DNA of 64,000 nucleotides from Alkalispirochaeta sp. (GTDB taxonomy: Bacteria; Spirochaetota; Spirochaetia; DSM-27196; Alkalispirochaetaceae): assembly GCA_965601925.1 (NCBI GenBank), contig OZ271854.1, positions 1,184,001 to 1,248,000 on the forward strand. The letters run 5' to 3'. The notes under the pieces are model-generated. The model did not search any database. It was not told the origin of the DNA and saw nothing but the letters and a program-made list of their open reading frames with translations. Position numbers and translations under genes: made by a program. Shown in pieces: positions 20,973 through 30,637 of this stretch (its first letter is position 1; each line of letters starts with the position of its first letter).

Positions 20973-21949
20973 CCGCGGGACTCCTCGTATATCTGCGCCA
21001 CGACACGTTCGATGGGCTCCGCCTCCGCCGTCAGGTCGACGATTCTGCGGGAGGAGGAGACTGCGGCGATGATCCGGGCGACGTCGGTCTCTTTCGGGTC
21101 GTACCAGTAGGTAACGCGCCCGCCCTCGATGTGCGCCTCGGTCGATGGGACCGGCGCTATCGGTGCGGCTCCCGCGGTCTCGATGGTGAGACGCCTCCGG
21201 AAGCCGTAGCGACTTCGCAGCCCGTTGAGATCGCCGCGGTAGACAATCTCTCCCTCGTTGAGCAGGATCACGCGATCGGACAACTCCTCGATATCGTCCA
21301 TATCGTGGGTCGTGAGAATGACCGCGGTACCGCGACGGTCTCGGAGTCCGCGTATAAAGCGGCGCACCGCGACCTTGGCGGTAGCGTCGAGGCCGATCGT
21401 CGGCTCATCCAAAAAGAGCGTGTCGGGGTTGTGGAGTAGGGACGCGGCAAGGTCGCATCGCATACGCTGGCCCAACGAAAGCTGGCGGACCGGCATACGG
21501 AGGAGCGGGGCCAGTACGAGAAGATCCGTGAGCTCCCCAAGGGACCGGCGAAACTGCGGCGCCGGTACGCGATACATCGTCCTGAGGAGCGAAAAAGACT
21601 CCTCGACGGGGAGGTCCCACCACAACTGCGTCCGCTGACCGAAGACGGCGCCGATACGGCGGACGTGCTCGATACGGTTCTCCCACGGTACCCTTCCGGC
21701 CACGGTGCACTCACCGCGGTCGGGACGCATGATCCCACTCAGTATCTTGATGGTGGTCGACTTACCGGCGCCGTTCGGGCCGATGTAGCCGAGTATCTCC
21801 CCCGTCTCGACGGAGAACGATACGTCTTGGAGGGCCGTGATCTCGCGGTATGTGCGGGCAAAGAGGCCCTTCAATGCGCCGGAGAAGCCGGTCCCTCTGA
21901 GGGAGCTACGATACGTCTTGGTAAGGCCGCGGAGAGATATGTGAGGCAT
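20969..21949 (-). CDS. ABC exporter ATP-binding protein
   Basis: GPNGAGKST, VFGQRTQLWWDLP, LSLGQRMR, LFLDEPT, TTH. Confidence 0.95.
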   Translation of the reverse strand: MPHISLRGLTKTYRSSLRGTGFSGALKGLFARTYREITALQDVSFSVETGEILGYIGPNGAGKSTTIKILSGIMRPDRGECTVAGRVPWENRIEHVRRIGAVFGQRTQLWWDLPVEESFSLLRTMYRVPAPQFRRSLGELTDLLVLAPLLRMPVRQLSLGQRMRCDLAASLLHNPDTLFLDEPTIGLDATAKVAVRRFIRGLRDRRGTAVILTTHDMDDIEELSDRVILLNEGEIVYRGDLNGLRSRYGFRRRLTIETAGAAPIAPVPSTEAHIEGGRVTYWYDPKETDVARIIAAVSSSRRIVDLTAEAEPIERVVAQIYEESRG

Positions 21950-22103
21950 GCTCTTCCTCGCGGGAGAGGGTCCCGAATTGCGATGAGAAACCCGAAAAAA
22001 AATGATAATACGAGATCAGAACTTACTATACTGCAAAAAAGTCGGTCAAGACGGCGAATGAAACGTTCGATACGACCGCACGGCCCAAAGGGTGCAATTT
22101 CGT

Positions 22104-22166
22104 TTGACACAGCTTCGAGAGGGCCTCATAATGACGATTGTAAGCGCTTCCGGTAGCGCTTACAAT
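22104..22166 (+). promoter_or_regulatory. Sigma70 promoter followed by a tandem LacI-type operator
   Basis: TTGACA(22104)-N17-CATAAT(22127); ATTGTAAGCGCT-N6-AGCGCTTACAAT perfect 12-bp inverted repeat at 22137-22166. Confidence 0.8.
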
Positions 22167-22189
22167 TCACTCGTTGCAAGGAGAACGTT

Positions 22190-23437
22190 ATGAAACGGAG
22201 GACGTTTCGACGCGGTATCGTATCGGCCGCGCTGTTGTTGATCCTGTCGACCGCGCTCTTTGCGTCGGGGCAGGATGAGGGTGCGTCGACCGTTACGATT
22301 TGGCATCCCTTTCCCGAGGAGACGCACTTCATTCAGCACGCCGCGGCCACGTGGAATCGAGAGCACCCCGATCGCTTTGCGGTGGAACCGCGCTTTATTC
22401 CATTCGGCGACCTCAAGCGGGAGATAACGCAGTCGGTGGTAACCGGAGAGGTGCCCGATATCTACATGGTCGACAACCCCGACCACGCCTCCTTTGCCGC
22501 CTCGGGCTCCTTGTACGATCTCACCGATTGGGTCGAGGAGTGGGGTGAGGCGGACGAATACTTCCCCGGACCGTGGAACTCGACGATGTGGGAGGGGCGT
22601 AACTTCGGCGTACCGATCGACTCCAACACGATCTTGCTCTACTACAATCGCGACGCCTTTGATCGCGCCGGTATCGACTCTCCGCCCCGGACGTGGACCG
22701 AGCTGCGCGAGTACGCCGCAACCCTTACTAACCCGGCCGAGGAGTTTCGCGGCATCGCCTTCTCGGCGGTGCGGACCGAGGAGGGGACGTTTCAGTTTCT
22801 ACCCTTCGTCCAACAGGCCGGCGGCACTCTTGAGCGCGTAAACGGCGCGGGCGGAGTCGCGGCGCTTCGACTGTGGAGCGATCTGGTCGAGGGCGGATAC
22901 GCCTCGCCGGAGGTGGTCAATATCACGCAGAACGAGGCGGTCGGGCTGTTGGCAAGCGGAAATGTGGCGATGGCTATCTCCGGACCGTGGAGTTTGGGCC
23001 TTATGGAGGAGGTCGAGTTCGAGTGGGGTCTCGCCCTCCTCCCGGTAGTGGAAGAGGTCGGCGTTCGATCCTCCGCTATGGGGGGCTACAACATGGCGAT
23101 CATGGCCGACAGCGACAACCCGGAGGAGGCGTGGGAGTTTATCACGTGGCTCCAGTCTCCGGAGAACATCAGACGATTCTACTGGGATTACCTCGGCGGC
23201 GCCCGCATCCCCTCGCGCGCCGATGTCGCCGGTGAGGCGGGACGGTGGGTCGAGGACGAGCGGCTCCAGGTGTTCATCGAACAGCTCCGGTACGCCTCCC
23301 CACGCGGTCCTCATCCCCAGTGGCCGGCGATTTCCGACGCGATCCAGGTGGCGATCCAGAAGGCCCTTACCGGTCAAGCGTCGCCCGAGGAGGCGCTCGA
23401 CGAGGCCGCCGCCGCAATTACGGAGATCTATCAGTAG
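22190..23437 (+). CDS. Sugar ABC transporter substrate-binding protein
   Basis: Signal peptide ending FASGQDE; VPDIYMVDNP, FGVP, LYYNRDAF, PPRTWTEL. Confidence 0.92.
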   Translation: MKRRTFRRGIVSAALLLILSTALFASGQDEGASTVTIWHPFPEETHFIQHAAATWNREHPDRFAVEPRFIPFGDLKREITQSVVTGEVPDIYMVDNPDHASFAASGSLYDLTDWVEEWGEADEYFPGPWNSTMWEGRNFGVPIDSNTILLYYNRDAFDRAGIDSPPRTWTELREYAATLTNPAEEFRGIAFSAVRTEEGTFQFLPFVQQAGGTLERVNGAGGVAALRLWSDLVEGGYASPEVVNITQNEAVGLLASGNVAMAISGPWSLGLMEEVEFEWGLALLPVVEEVGVRSSAMGGYNMAIMADSDNPEEAWEFITWLQSPENIRRFYWDYLGGARIPSRADVAGEAGRWVEDERLQVFIEQLRYASPRGPHPQWPAISDAIQVAIQKALTGQASPEEALDEAAAAITEIYQ

Positions 23438-23518
23438 CCTCCATTCGCGGTCGATCGCGCCGGATGGGGCCCTCGATCCGGGGCCGACGGCCGGATCATC
23501 GGAACATAGACGATTCGT

Positions 23519-24403
23519 ATGAAGCGCTATAACCCGGAACGCACGTATCGGTGGTTCATGGCACCGGCACTCCTGTACCTCGTGGTGTTCGTCTTGTATC
23601 CGATCCTCCACAACGTCACCTTGAGCCTACGGGAGGTAACGGCGGCCAACATCCGCGCGGACCGTCATCCCTTTGTCGGTTTGGCAAACTATCTCGAGCT
23701 GTTGCGAGACGACGCGTTTTGGAGGGTGTTGGGGAACACGCTTCTCTTCACGACGGCGAGCATCACCTTTCAGTTCTCCATCGGCTTTGCCGTTGCGCTC
23801 TATCTCAACCGACGATTCCCCGCCCGGGACTTTGTACGGTCGGCGGTCATCCTCGGGTGGGTGCTCTCTCCCATCGTGGTCGGGACCATCTGGCGCTGGA
23901 TACTCAATAGCGACTTCGGACTGTTGAACTTCCTCATGCGCCGACTCGGGATGATCGACCGGAACATCAGTTGGCTGCCCAGGCCCGGCTCGGCGATGGC
24001 GGGAGTCATCATGGCGAACGTGTGGCTCGGCATACCCTTCAACATGATGCTCCTCACCGGCGGGCTGGCAAACCTTCCCGAGAGCGTCTTCGAGTCGGCG
24101 ATGATCGACGGTGCGAGCCGCACCCAACGGTTCTTCCGTATCACGATACCGCTCCTCCGACACACGATCGCGGCGACGGTGATGCTCGGTTTCATCTACA
24201 CGTTGAAGGTCTTCGATCTCATTTGGGTCATGACTACCGGCGGGCCGGTCAACGCCACGACGACGTTGTCGGTGTGGTCGTACCGCCTCTCTTTCGTGCT
24301 GTTCACCTTCAGCGACGGCGCGACGGCGGCCAATATGCTCTTTGTGCTGACGATGATACCGACGGTGATCTACATCTATTGGTTTGCCCGGGAGGAGTCG
24401 TGA
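23519..24403 (+). CDS. Sugar ABC transporter permease (MalF-like)
   Basis: ESAMIDGASRTQRFFRITIPLL, MTTGGPVNAT. Confidence 0.93.
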   Translation: MKRYNPERTYRWFMAPALLYLVVFVLYPILHNVTLSLREVTAANIRADRHPFVGLANYLELLRDDAFWRVLGNTLLFTTASITFQFSIGFAVALYLNRRFPARDFVRSAVILGWVLSPIVVGTIWRWILNSDFGLLNFLMRRLGMIDRNISWLPRPGSAMAGVIMANVWLGIPFNMMLLTGGLANLPESVFESAMIDGASRTQRFFRITIPLLRHTIAATVMLGFIYTLKVFDLIWVMTTGGPVNATTTLSVWSYRLSFVLFTFSDGATAANMLFVLTMIPTVIYIYWFAREES

Positions 24404-25242
24404 AGCGGAGAAACGGCACAAGGACCGGAAACCGCCGCGTCGCGATCTATACCCTCGGCGCATTCCTCGCCATGGGTATCTATCTCGTACCGGTGTTCTG
24501 GATGTACGTATCGGGTCTCAAGACGGAGCGGGACGTCTACGCGATCCCCCCGACCCTTATACCCGATCCGATTACCTTCGAACCGATTTTACAGACCCTC
24601 GCCTCCGGGGGCGGGCGTTACTTTGCCAATAGCGTGCTGATCGCGACGGCCAGTACCGCCTTGACGCTCATTCTCGCAGGATGCACCGGGTTTGCCGTTG
24701 CACGGATGAAAAGCCGCATCGTCTCTCCGGTGGTACTCATCTTTCTCATCGCTCAGATGCTGCCAACCGTACTCCGAGTGACGCCGCTGTTCGTACTGTT
24801 CAATCGGGCGGGCCTCATCAACAGCTACGCCTCGGTCATCCTCGCCAACGCGTCCCTCACGATACCGTTTGCGGTTATCATGTTGCGCACCGCCTTTCTC
24901 GCCGCACCGACGGAGATCGAGGAGGCGTCGTTGATCGACGGCTGCGGACTCCTCCAATCCTTCCTCCGTATCTCGATACCGATGAGCAAGGCGGGATTTG
25001 CCGTGGTCGGCGCGATGTCCTTTGTCTGGTCCTTCGGCGACTTCGTGTTTGCCCTCTCGTTTCTGAGCCGCGAGAGTATGCATCCCGCCACGTTGGGACT
25101 CTACAACTTCATCGGCGCCGAGGCGACGAGCTGGAACAACGTCATGGCCTTTGCCGGGTTGACCGCTCTCCCTCTCATCGCGCTTTTCATGGTCCTCCAG
25201 AAACAGATCGTGAAGGGGCTGTCGACCGGGTCCTTTCGGTAG
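24400..25242 (+). CDS. Sugar ABC transporter permease (MalG-like)
   Basis: EEASLIDGC; GTGA overlap with the upstream stop. Confidence 0.92.
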   Translation: MKRRNGTRTGNRRVAIYTLGAFLAMGIYLVPVFWMYVSGLKTERDVYAIPPTLIPDPITFEPILQTLASGGGRYFANSVLIATASTALTLILAGCTGFAVARMKSRIVSPVVLIFLIAQMLPTVLRVTPLFVLFNRAGLINSYASVILANASLTIPFAVIMLRTAFLAAPTEIEEASLIDGCGLLQSFLRISIPMSKAGFAVVGAMSFVWSFGDFVFALSFLSRESMHPATLGLYNFIGAEATSWNNVMAFAGLTALPLIALFMVLQKQIVKGLSTGSFR

Positions 25243-25407
25243 TTGCCCCGGCGCGCCTCGCAGACGCGCTCGCGCGCAACGGGTCGTTGCTACCGATTCA
25301 TCGTCGTATTGCCCGAGTATCCGCCTCAATAACGCCGACATCGGGAACATTTACCAAACGCGGAATATTCAATTATTATAGTGCTATCATGTAATAGAGG
25401 TACTAAA

Positions 25408-27633
25408 GTGGGTCGTTTCCGGTTTCATCTGAGAATTGCGCTGCCTATATTTTTTACTATTTTCGTCGCATTAACCGGAATATCAATTTTTATAATCAAC
25501 CTTTACTTCTCCATTCGCTCCCTCGAGCGCGTAAGCTTCGATTACCTGACACAGACCAGCCAAATCGTTCTGGAAAACACCGTCGGCCACCTCTCGCCGG
25601 CGGCACGTTTCGCCGAGATGAACGAGACGTTGCTCAACCCTGAGCATTACAACCGAAATTACTTCGACGTATTCAATACCGTTACGATTCCGCAATTCTC
25701 CGTCTACGATCAATTCGCGCTGATCTATTTCGGCTCGACGACCGGCGACTTCTGGCTCAACGGTGTGGAGCTCGATCTCACCGTACAGACTCAGGCGATC
25801 GACCGTAAGATCGACGGCGAGGCGTCGGATGCGTTCCTTCGAGACGCGCGGGAGCTTCCTCGCGACACGCCGGAGGAGATCGAGACCGTTGCGCGGACCA
25901 TCGCGCCGTACATCGAGACGATCATCTATCGACGCGACGAGGGGGGCGCGATCGTTGCCGCCGAGCCCGATATCGACTATATCTACGATCCCCGATGGCG
26001 CCCGTGGTACGCAAACGCCGTAGACCGGGGCAATGCGACGTGGAGCTCGGTCTACACATTCAGCTCAAGCGGACGGTTCTACGCATCGGGGAAGGTCGGC
26101 GTCACCGTCTCGGCGCCGGTTTACGCGTCCGACGGAGTGCTTGCGGGCGTCGTCGGAATCGACATCGTTTTGGAGCAGCTCAGCGACTTCCTCGAAACGC
26201 TCACGATCGGGCAGAACGGTCGCGCATTCCTCTTTACGAACGATGGACAAGGCGTGGCATACGGATCTCTGCGCATCGCGGAGGACGGCATTCAACCGGA
26301 AGTCCTTCAAAGTATGACGACCATCGACGACATGGCGGCCCGCAGTGCTTTTACGGCGCTCCAACAGCGGGTCGGTGCCGAAACCGGCGGCGTCTTCACA
26401 CGACTCGACGAGAGCCACCAGTTCCGCTTCGATATGGACGGGCGGACCTATCTCGCCGCGTTTGCACCCCTTCAAGACCCTCGCGTGCCGCCGTGGAACG
26501 TGGGGATCGTCGTGCCGCAGGACGACTTTGTGGGCGAGCTGATATCGACCTACTTCATCACCGCCTCGGTGTCGGTGGCGACACTCGTTCTTGTCATCCT
26601 CGTCTCGCTGTACATATCGAGCATGATCACGAAACCGATTCGTCAACTGACCGCCGAGGCCGATCGTATCCGCAACTTGGAGTTGGACGGGGCGATCGTA
26701 GCCGCAAGCCCCTTTACGGAACTTCACAACATGACCGAGGCGTTCGAGCGTATGAAGTCGGGTATTCGCTCGTTCAAGAAGTACATTCCGAGCGACTTGG
26801 TGAGCTTTCTCATTCGCAGCGGACAAGACGCGGTGCTGGGAGGAAAGACGCAAGAGGTATCCATCTTCTTCTCCGACGTCGCCGATTTCACGACGATCGC
26901 GGAGACGCTGACACCGAATGAGCTGGTTAATCACTTGGGAGATTATCTGGGAAACTTCAGCGGTATCATCGCCGATACCGGCGGCACGGTTGACAAGTAC
27001 ATCGGCGACGCGGTCATGGCCTTTTGGAACGCCCCCACATCGGTGGCACAACACGCTCACGCGGCGTGTCTGTCGGCGATCCGTTGCCGTCAGAAGCTCA
27101 TTGCGTTGCGCCGAACGTGGAAGGAGAGCGAGCTACCCCTTCTGTATACGCGAATCGGACTCCACGTCGGCGACGTGGTTGTCGGCAACATGGGCAGCGA
27201 AGAACGCCTCAACTACACGATCCTCGGGGATCCGGTAAACCTTACCAGCCGGCTGGAGGGACTCGCAAAGACGTACGGCGTCGTGATACTGGCGAGCGAG
27301 GACATTCGCGCGCGTACCGAGGATGCCTTTGCGTTCCGCCGCATCGATCGCGTCATGGTCAAGGGTAAAACCATCCCCGTCACCGTGTATGAGTTGGTCG
27401 GCGAACGCGATCGTTGTACCGACGAGATTACCCGGTGGATCGAGACGTATGAACGCGGTCTCGAGGCGTACTTTGCGCAAGCCTGGGACGCGGCCGAAGC
27501 CGATATGAAACGCGTACTTGAGATGCGTCCCCGCGACCGTGCCGCGTCGCTCTTTCTCACGCGGATAGAAAACTTCCGATCCGCTCCTCCCGGCGCCGGC
27601 TGGGACGGAGTGGCGCAATTTACGACAAAGTGA
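25408..27633 (+). CDS. Membrane-bound class III adenylate cyclase (TM-dCache-TM-HAMP-cyclase-TPR-like)
   Basis: YDPRWRPWY dCache motif; ITKPIRQL HAMP; FFSDVADFT, DKYIGDAVMAFW, YTILGDPVNLTSRLE. Confidence 0.92.
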   Translation: MGRFRFHLRIALPIFFTIFVALTGISIFIINLYFSIRSLERVSFDYLTQTSQIVLENTVGHLSPAARFAEMNETLLNPEHYNRNYFDVFNTVTIPQFSVYDQFALIYFGSTTGDFWLNGVELDLTVQTQAIDRKIDGEASDAFLRDARELPRDTPEEIETVARTIAPYIETIIYRRDEGGAIVAAEPDIDYIYDPRWRPWYANAVDRGNATWSSVYTFSSSGRFYASGKVGVTVSAPVYASDGVLAGVVGIDIVLEQLSDFLETLTIGQNGRAFLFTNDGQGVAYGSLRIAEDGIQPEVLQSMTTIDDMAARSAFTALQQRVGAETGGVFTRLDESHQFRFDMDGRTYLAAFAPLQDPRVPPWNVGIVVPQDDFVGELISTYFITASVSVATLVLVILVSLYISSMITKPIRQLTAEADRIRNLELDGAIVAASPFTELHNMTEAFERMKSGIRSFKKYIPSDLVSFLIRSGQDAVLGGKTQEVSIFFSDVADFTTIAETLTPNELVNHLGDYLGNFSGIIADTGGTVDKYIGDAVMAFWNAPTSVAQHAHAACLSAIRCRQKLIALRRTWKESELPLLYTRIGLHVGDVVVGNMGSEERLNYTILGDPVNLTSRLEGLAKTYGVVILASEDIRARTEDAFAFRRIDRVMVKGKTIPVTVYELVGERDRCTDEITRWIETYERGLEAYFAQAWDAAEADMKRVLEMRPRDRAASLFLTRIENFRSAPPGAGWDGVAQFTTK

Positions 27634-27656
27634 CGGACCTGTGCGGTGGAGGCGCT

Positions 27657-28508
27657 ATGAGTAGTATCCGAATTGTGAGGATCGTTTTCGCAGCGATCGT
27701 TGTCTCGACGCTGGGTATTCCGTTGTATGCCCAAGAAGATTTTTCACGCTATCCGCCGGATATCCGGAGAATCAAAGAGCGCGGCTACCTCATCGTTGCA
27801 ATGCATTCGTCGAATTTCAGACCGTACATGTTCGAGGACCCGGATAACCCGGGGGAATTGATCGGCCACGAGATCGACTTAGCACGCGATGTCGCCGAGG
27901 GCCTCGGTGTCGATCTCGTGTTGGATCGCGAGGCGGGGTCCTTCAACGAGATCCCGCGGCGCGTCGCCGAGCGCCACGCCGACGTGGCAATATCGCTGTT
28001 GAGCCGGACGCTTGCGCGAGCGCAGTTCGTCCGCTTCACCACGCCGTACATCATTGTGCAGCCGACGATCGCGATTCACCGTATTAACGTGTCGGTGTTC
28101 GACGTCGATCTCAACGATCCGGTCGCCTCGCTGAACCGTACCGCGGAGCGGGTCGCGGAGCCGGAGGGCAACGCGTACGTCACGATCGCTCGTAACATCT
28201 TTCCCAACGTAGAGCTCGTCGAACTGGAGAACTGGAACGCCGTCTATGACGCGGTGCTCTCGCGAGAGGTCACTTTCGCGCTACGGAGCGAGGTGGGCGT
28301 CGCGAACTTTCTCTTTGAGAACCAGGAACAACAGATCAATCTGCAGACGATTCCGCTCAATGAGCCGCGTTACGAGGATCCGCTGGCCATGGCGGTGCAC
28401 CCGGACGACGTCCATCTTCTCCATTGGCTCAATGTCTTCATACAGGACGTCCACGGAACGATCACCGGACAGGAACTGCTGACCCAATATGCGCAATACT
28501 ATGAGTAA
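27657..28508 (+). CDS. Family-3 (amino-acid type) periplasmic substrate-binding protein
   Basis: Signal peptide; IKERGYLIVAM, GHEIDLARDVAEGLGV, LSRTLARAQFVRFTTPY. Confidence 0.85.
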   Translation: MSSIRIVRIVFAAIVVSTLGIPLYAQEDFSRYPPDIRRIKERGYLIVAMHSSNFRPYMFEDPDNPGELIGHEIDLARDVAEGLGVDLVLDREAGSFNEIPRRVAERHADVAISLLSRTLARAQFVRFTTPYIIVQPTIAIHRINVSVFDVDLNDPVASLNRTAERVAEPEGNAYVTIARNIFPNVELVELENWNAVYDAVLSREVTFALRSEVGVANFLFENQEQQINLQTIPLNEPRYEDPLAMAVHPDDVHLLHWLNVFIQDVHGTITGQELLTQYAQYYE

Positions 28509-29310
28509 CGCAGCCACCTGCAGACGGCTCTGGATCGTGCTTGCACTGACGGTATATGTCGCCGCATCGATCCACGGACAGACGATTCTCCGGGAAGTCC
28601 AGGAGAACGGAGAGCTTCGCGGCGGGATCGTCGATGGGGATCTCTACCCGTTTGTGTACCTCCGCGGCGGTGTGTGGGACGGATACGAGATAACGCTGAT
28701 GCGGGAGATCGCGGCCGAGCTCGGCGTGACGCTTTCGATTATTCCCTTTGAGAGTCGGGATGCGCTCCGGGAGGCGGTCGCCGACGGGGACATTCACGTG
28801 GCCTTCTCGAAGGTCTTCCGCGACCTCGACAACAGCGAGAGGGCGTTTCAGACGTCGCCGGTCGCGTCGCTCGATCTGATGATCGTCGCGAATCGGACGG
28901 CGTACAGCGCCGGACGTACCGGCGGAACGCTCTCCGGCGATCTGTTGCGCGGCGCCGTCCCGGTCGCGGTGGCCGACGAGGCGGCGTTCGTCCGCGAGGT
29001 ATCGCGCACATATCCGCGCGCCGACCTGTCGATCGTCGAGAGTCGCGAGCGACTGTGGCGTGGGGTCGAGTCGGGCGACTTTGTCGCAATCGCTCTCGAC
29101 GAGGCGTCGGTCTATCGATACTTCGTAGAGCATCCGGAACGGGGCATTCAACTTCGCGTGCTTCCGCTGCCGACCTCCACTGCGGTGGTCGGCCTCGTTC
29201 CGTGGCGCGACGACTTTCTGTGGGAGTGGGTAAACATTCTCGTCGAGGGGCAAGGCGACCCAGCGACGGTCGGAGAACTCGTCGAGCGGTACGAGTTCGG
29301 CACGAGGTAA
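28501..29310 (+). CDS. Second family-3 periplasmic substrate-binding protein (divergent)
   Basis: Signal peptide; VQENGELRGG, GYEITLMREIAAELGV, GDIHVAFS. Confidence 0.8.
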   Translation: MSNAATCRRLWIVLALTVYVAASIHGQTILREVQENGELRGGIVDGDLYPFVYLRGGVWDGYEITLMREIAAELGVTLSIIPFESRDALREAVADGDIHVAFSKVFRDLDNSERAFQTSPVASLDLMIVANRTAYSAGRTGGTLSGDLLRGAVPVAVADEAAFVREVSRTYPRADLSIVESRERLWRGVESGDFVAIALDEASVYRYFVEHPERGIQLRVLPLPTSTAVVGLVPWRDDFLWEWVNILVEGQGDPATVGELVERYEFGTR

Positions 29311-29320
29311 GGAGTATTCA

Positions 29321-30637
29321 ATGACGGTTGCACCAAAACAGAGAGGCGCCTTCGCGCGAATCGTAAAAAGCCCACTCGTAATAATCGGGGCGATGGTCGG
29401 CGGTATCCTCATCGGTATCGCCGCGCAGGAGCGCGAATGGGCGTTTCAACTCTCGACGGCGATCGCACCGATCGGACAGGTCTATCTCAACCTTCTCAGG
29501 ATGACGATCTTTCCCATCCTCATCAGCGCCATCGTTACATCGATCGGCAAGATTTTCGGCGACGATGAGAGTCAACGCTACCTAACGCGCATCGTCGTGT
29601 ACTCGCTCCTCTTCCTCTTCGTGACCAGTATCGCCTCGCTTATGGTGAGCCTCGTCATTCAACCCGGCGGCGGCTTGTCGCAGGAGGCGCAAATCACGTT
29701 GGGACGCGCCCTCACGGCCGCCGATCAAAGTGGCGAGAGCCGCGCGATCATTCAGGAGCGCCAAGGCATTTTCTCGTTCTTCGATCAACTGATCCCTCAG
29801 AACATTTTCGCGTCAATGGGCAGTGGTGCGAGCCTCCAGATTCTGTTTTTCAGCATCATGCTCGGCGTCGCCACGGGATTTCTCCACGGGGAGCAACGGA
29901 GGTACATGCTGGGCATGACCGAAGCGCTCTTCAAGGCGTTCTTTACGATCATCGAGTGGATTATGTATCTCCTCCCCTTGGGGCTGTTCTGCCTGCTCGC
30001 GGGTCAGATCGCCACCACCGGCCTCGAGGTCATCATCGCGATGGCGAAGTTCGTCGTGGTCGTCTACGTCGTGTCATTCATCGTGTTCGTCGCCTCGGCG
30101 ATCGTCATATCGGTGTCCTTGCGCGTCGGCGTATTTCGCGCCGTCACGGCGCTCAAGGAATCGCTGTTGATCGCGTTCGGCACGCAAAGCACCTTCGCCT
30201 CGATGCCCGCGGCGATCGAAGGGTTGTCGCAGGAGCTGGAGGTCGACGAGGAGCTCGTCAACCTCGTTACCCCGCTCGGTGTCGTGGTGAGCCGTTTCAG
30301 CATGATCATTCTCTACGGCGTGGCGACGATCTTCGCGGCCCAGTTGTACAATATTCCGCTCGATTTCGGACAGTTACTCGTTGCAACGATACTCGTAGTG
30401 TTCGCGGCGATCGCCGGTGCCGGCACACCGGGAATCGTGAGTCTGGCAATGATAAGCATCGTGTTCGGCCCCCTCGGTCTTCCGAGCAACGCAATCGTCA
30501 TTCTGCTTCTCGCGGTGAATCCGGTTATCGAACCGATTACCACCATGACGAACATCTTTGCGGTGTCCGCGACGACCGCTTTCATTGCCGGCCCCCACAA
30601 GAAACGGGAGGGTTCGGCCGTTGAAGAGTACGCGTAA
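29321..30637 (+). CDS. Dicarboxylate/amino acid:cation symporter (DAACS) family protein with divergent binding motifs
   Basis: GQVYLNLLRMTIFP, LIPQNIF, QILFFSIMLG, AFGTQST, PLG, GAGTPG. Confidence 0.88.
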   Translation: MTVAPKQRGAFARIVKSPLVIIGAMVGGILIGIAAQEREWAFQLSTAIAPIGQVYLNLLRMTIFPILISAIVTSIGKIFGDDESQRYLTRIVVYSLLFLFVTSIASLMVSLVIQPGGGLSQEAQITLGRALTAADQSGESRAIIQERQGIFSFFDQLIPQNIFASMGSGASLQILFFSIMLGVATGFLHGEQRRYMLGMTEALFKAFFTIIEWIMYLLPLGLFCLLAGQIATTGLEVIIAMAKFVVVVYVVSFIVFVASAIVISVSLRVGVFRAVTALKESLLIAFGTQSTFASMPAAIEGLSQELEVDEELVNLVTPLGVVVSRFSMIILYGVATIFAAQLYNIPLDFGQLLVATILVVFAAIAGAGTPGIVSLAMISIVFGPLGLPSNAIVILLLAVNPVIEPITTMTNIFAVSATTAFIAGPHKKREGSAVEEYA

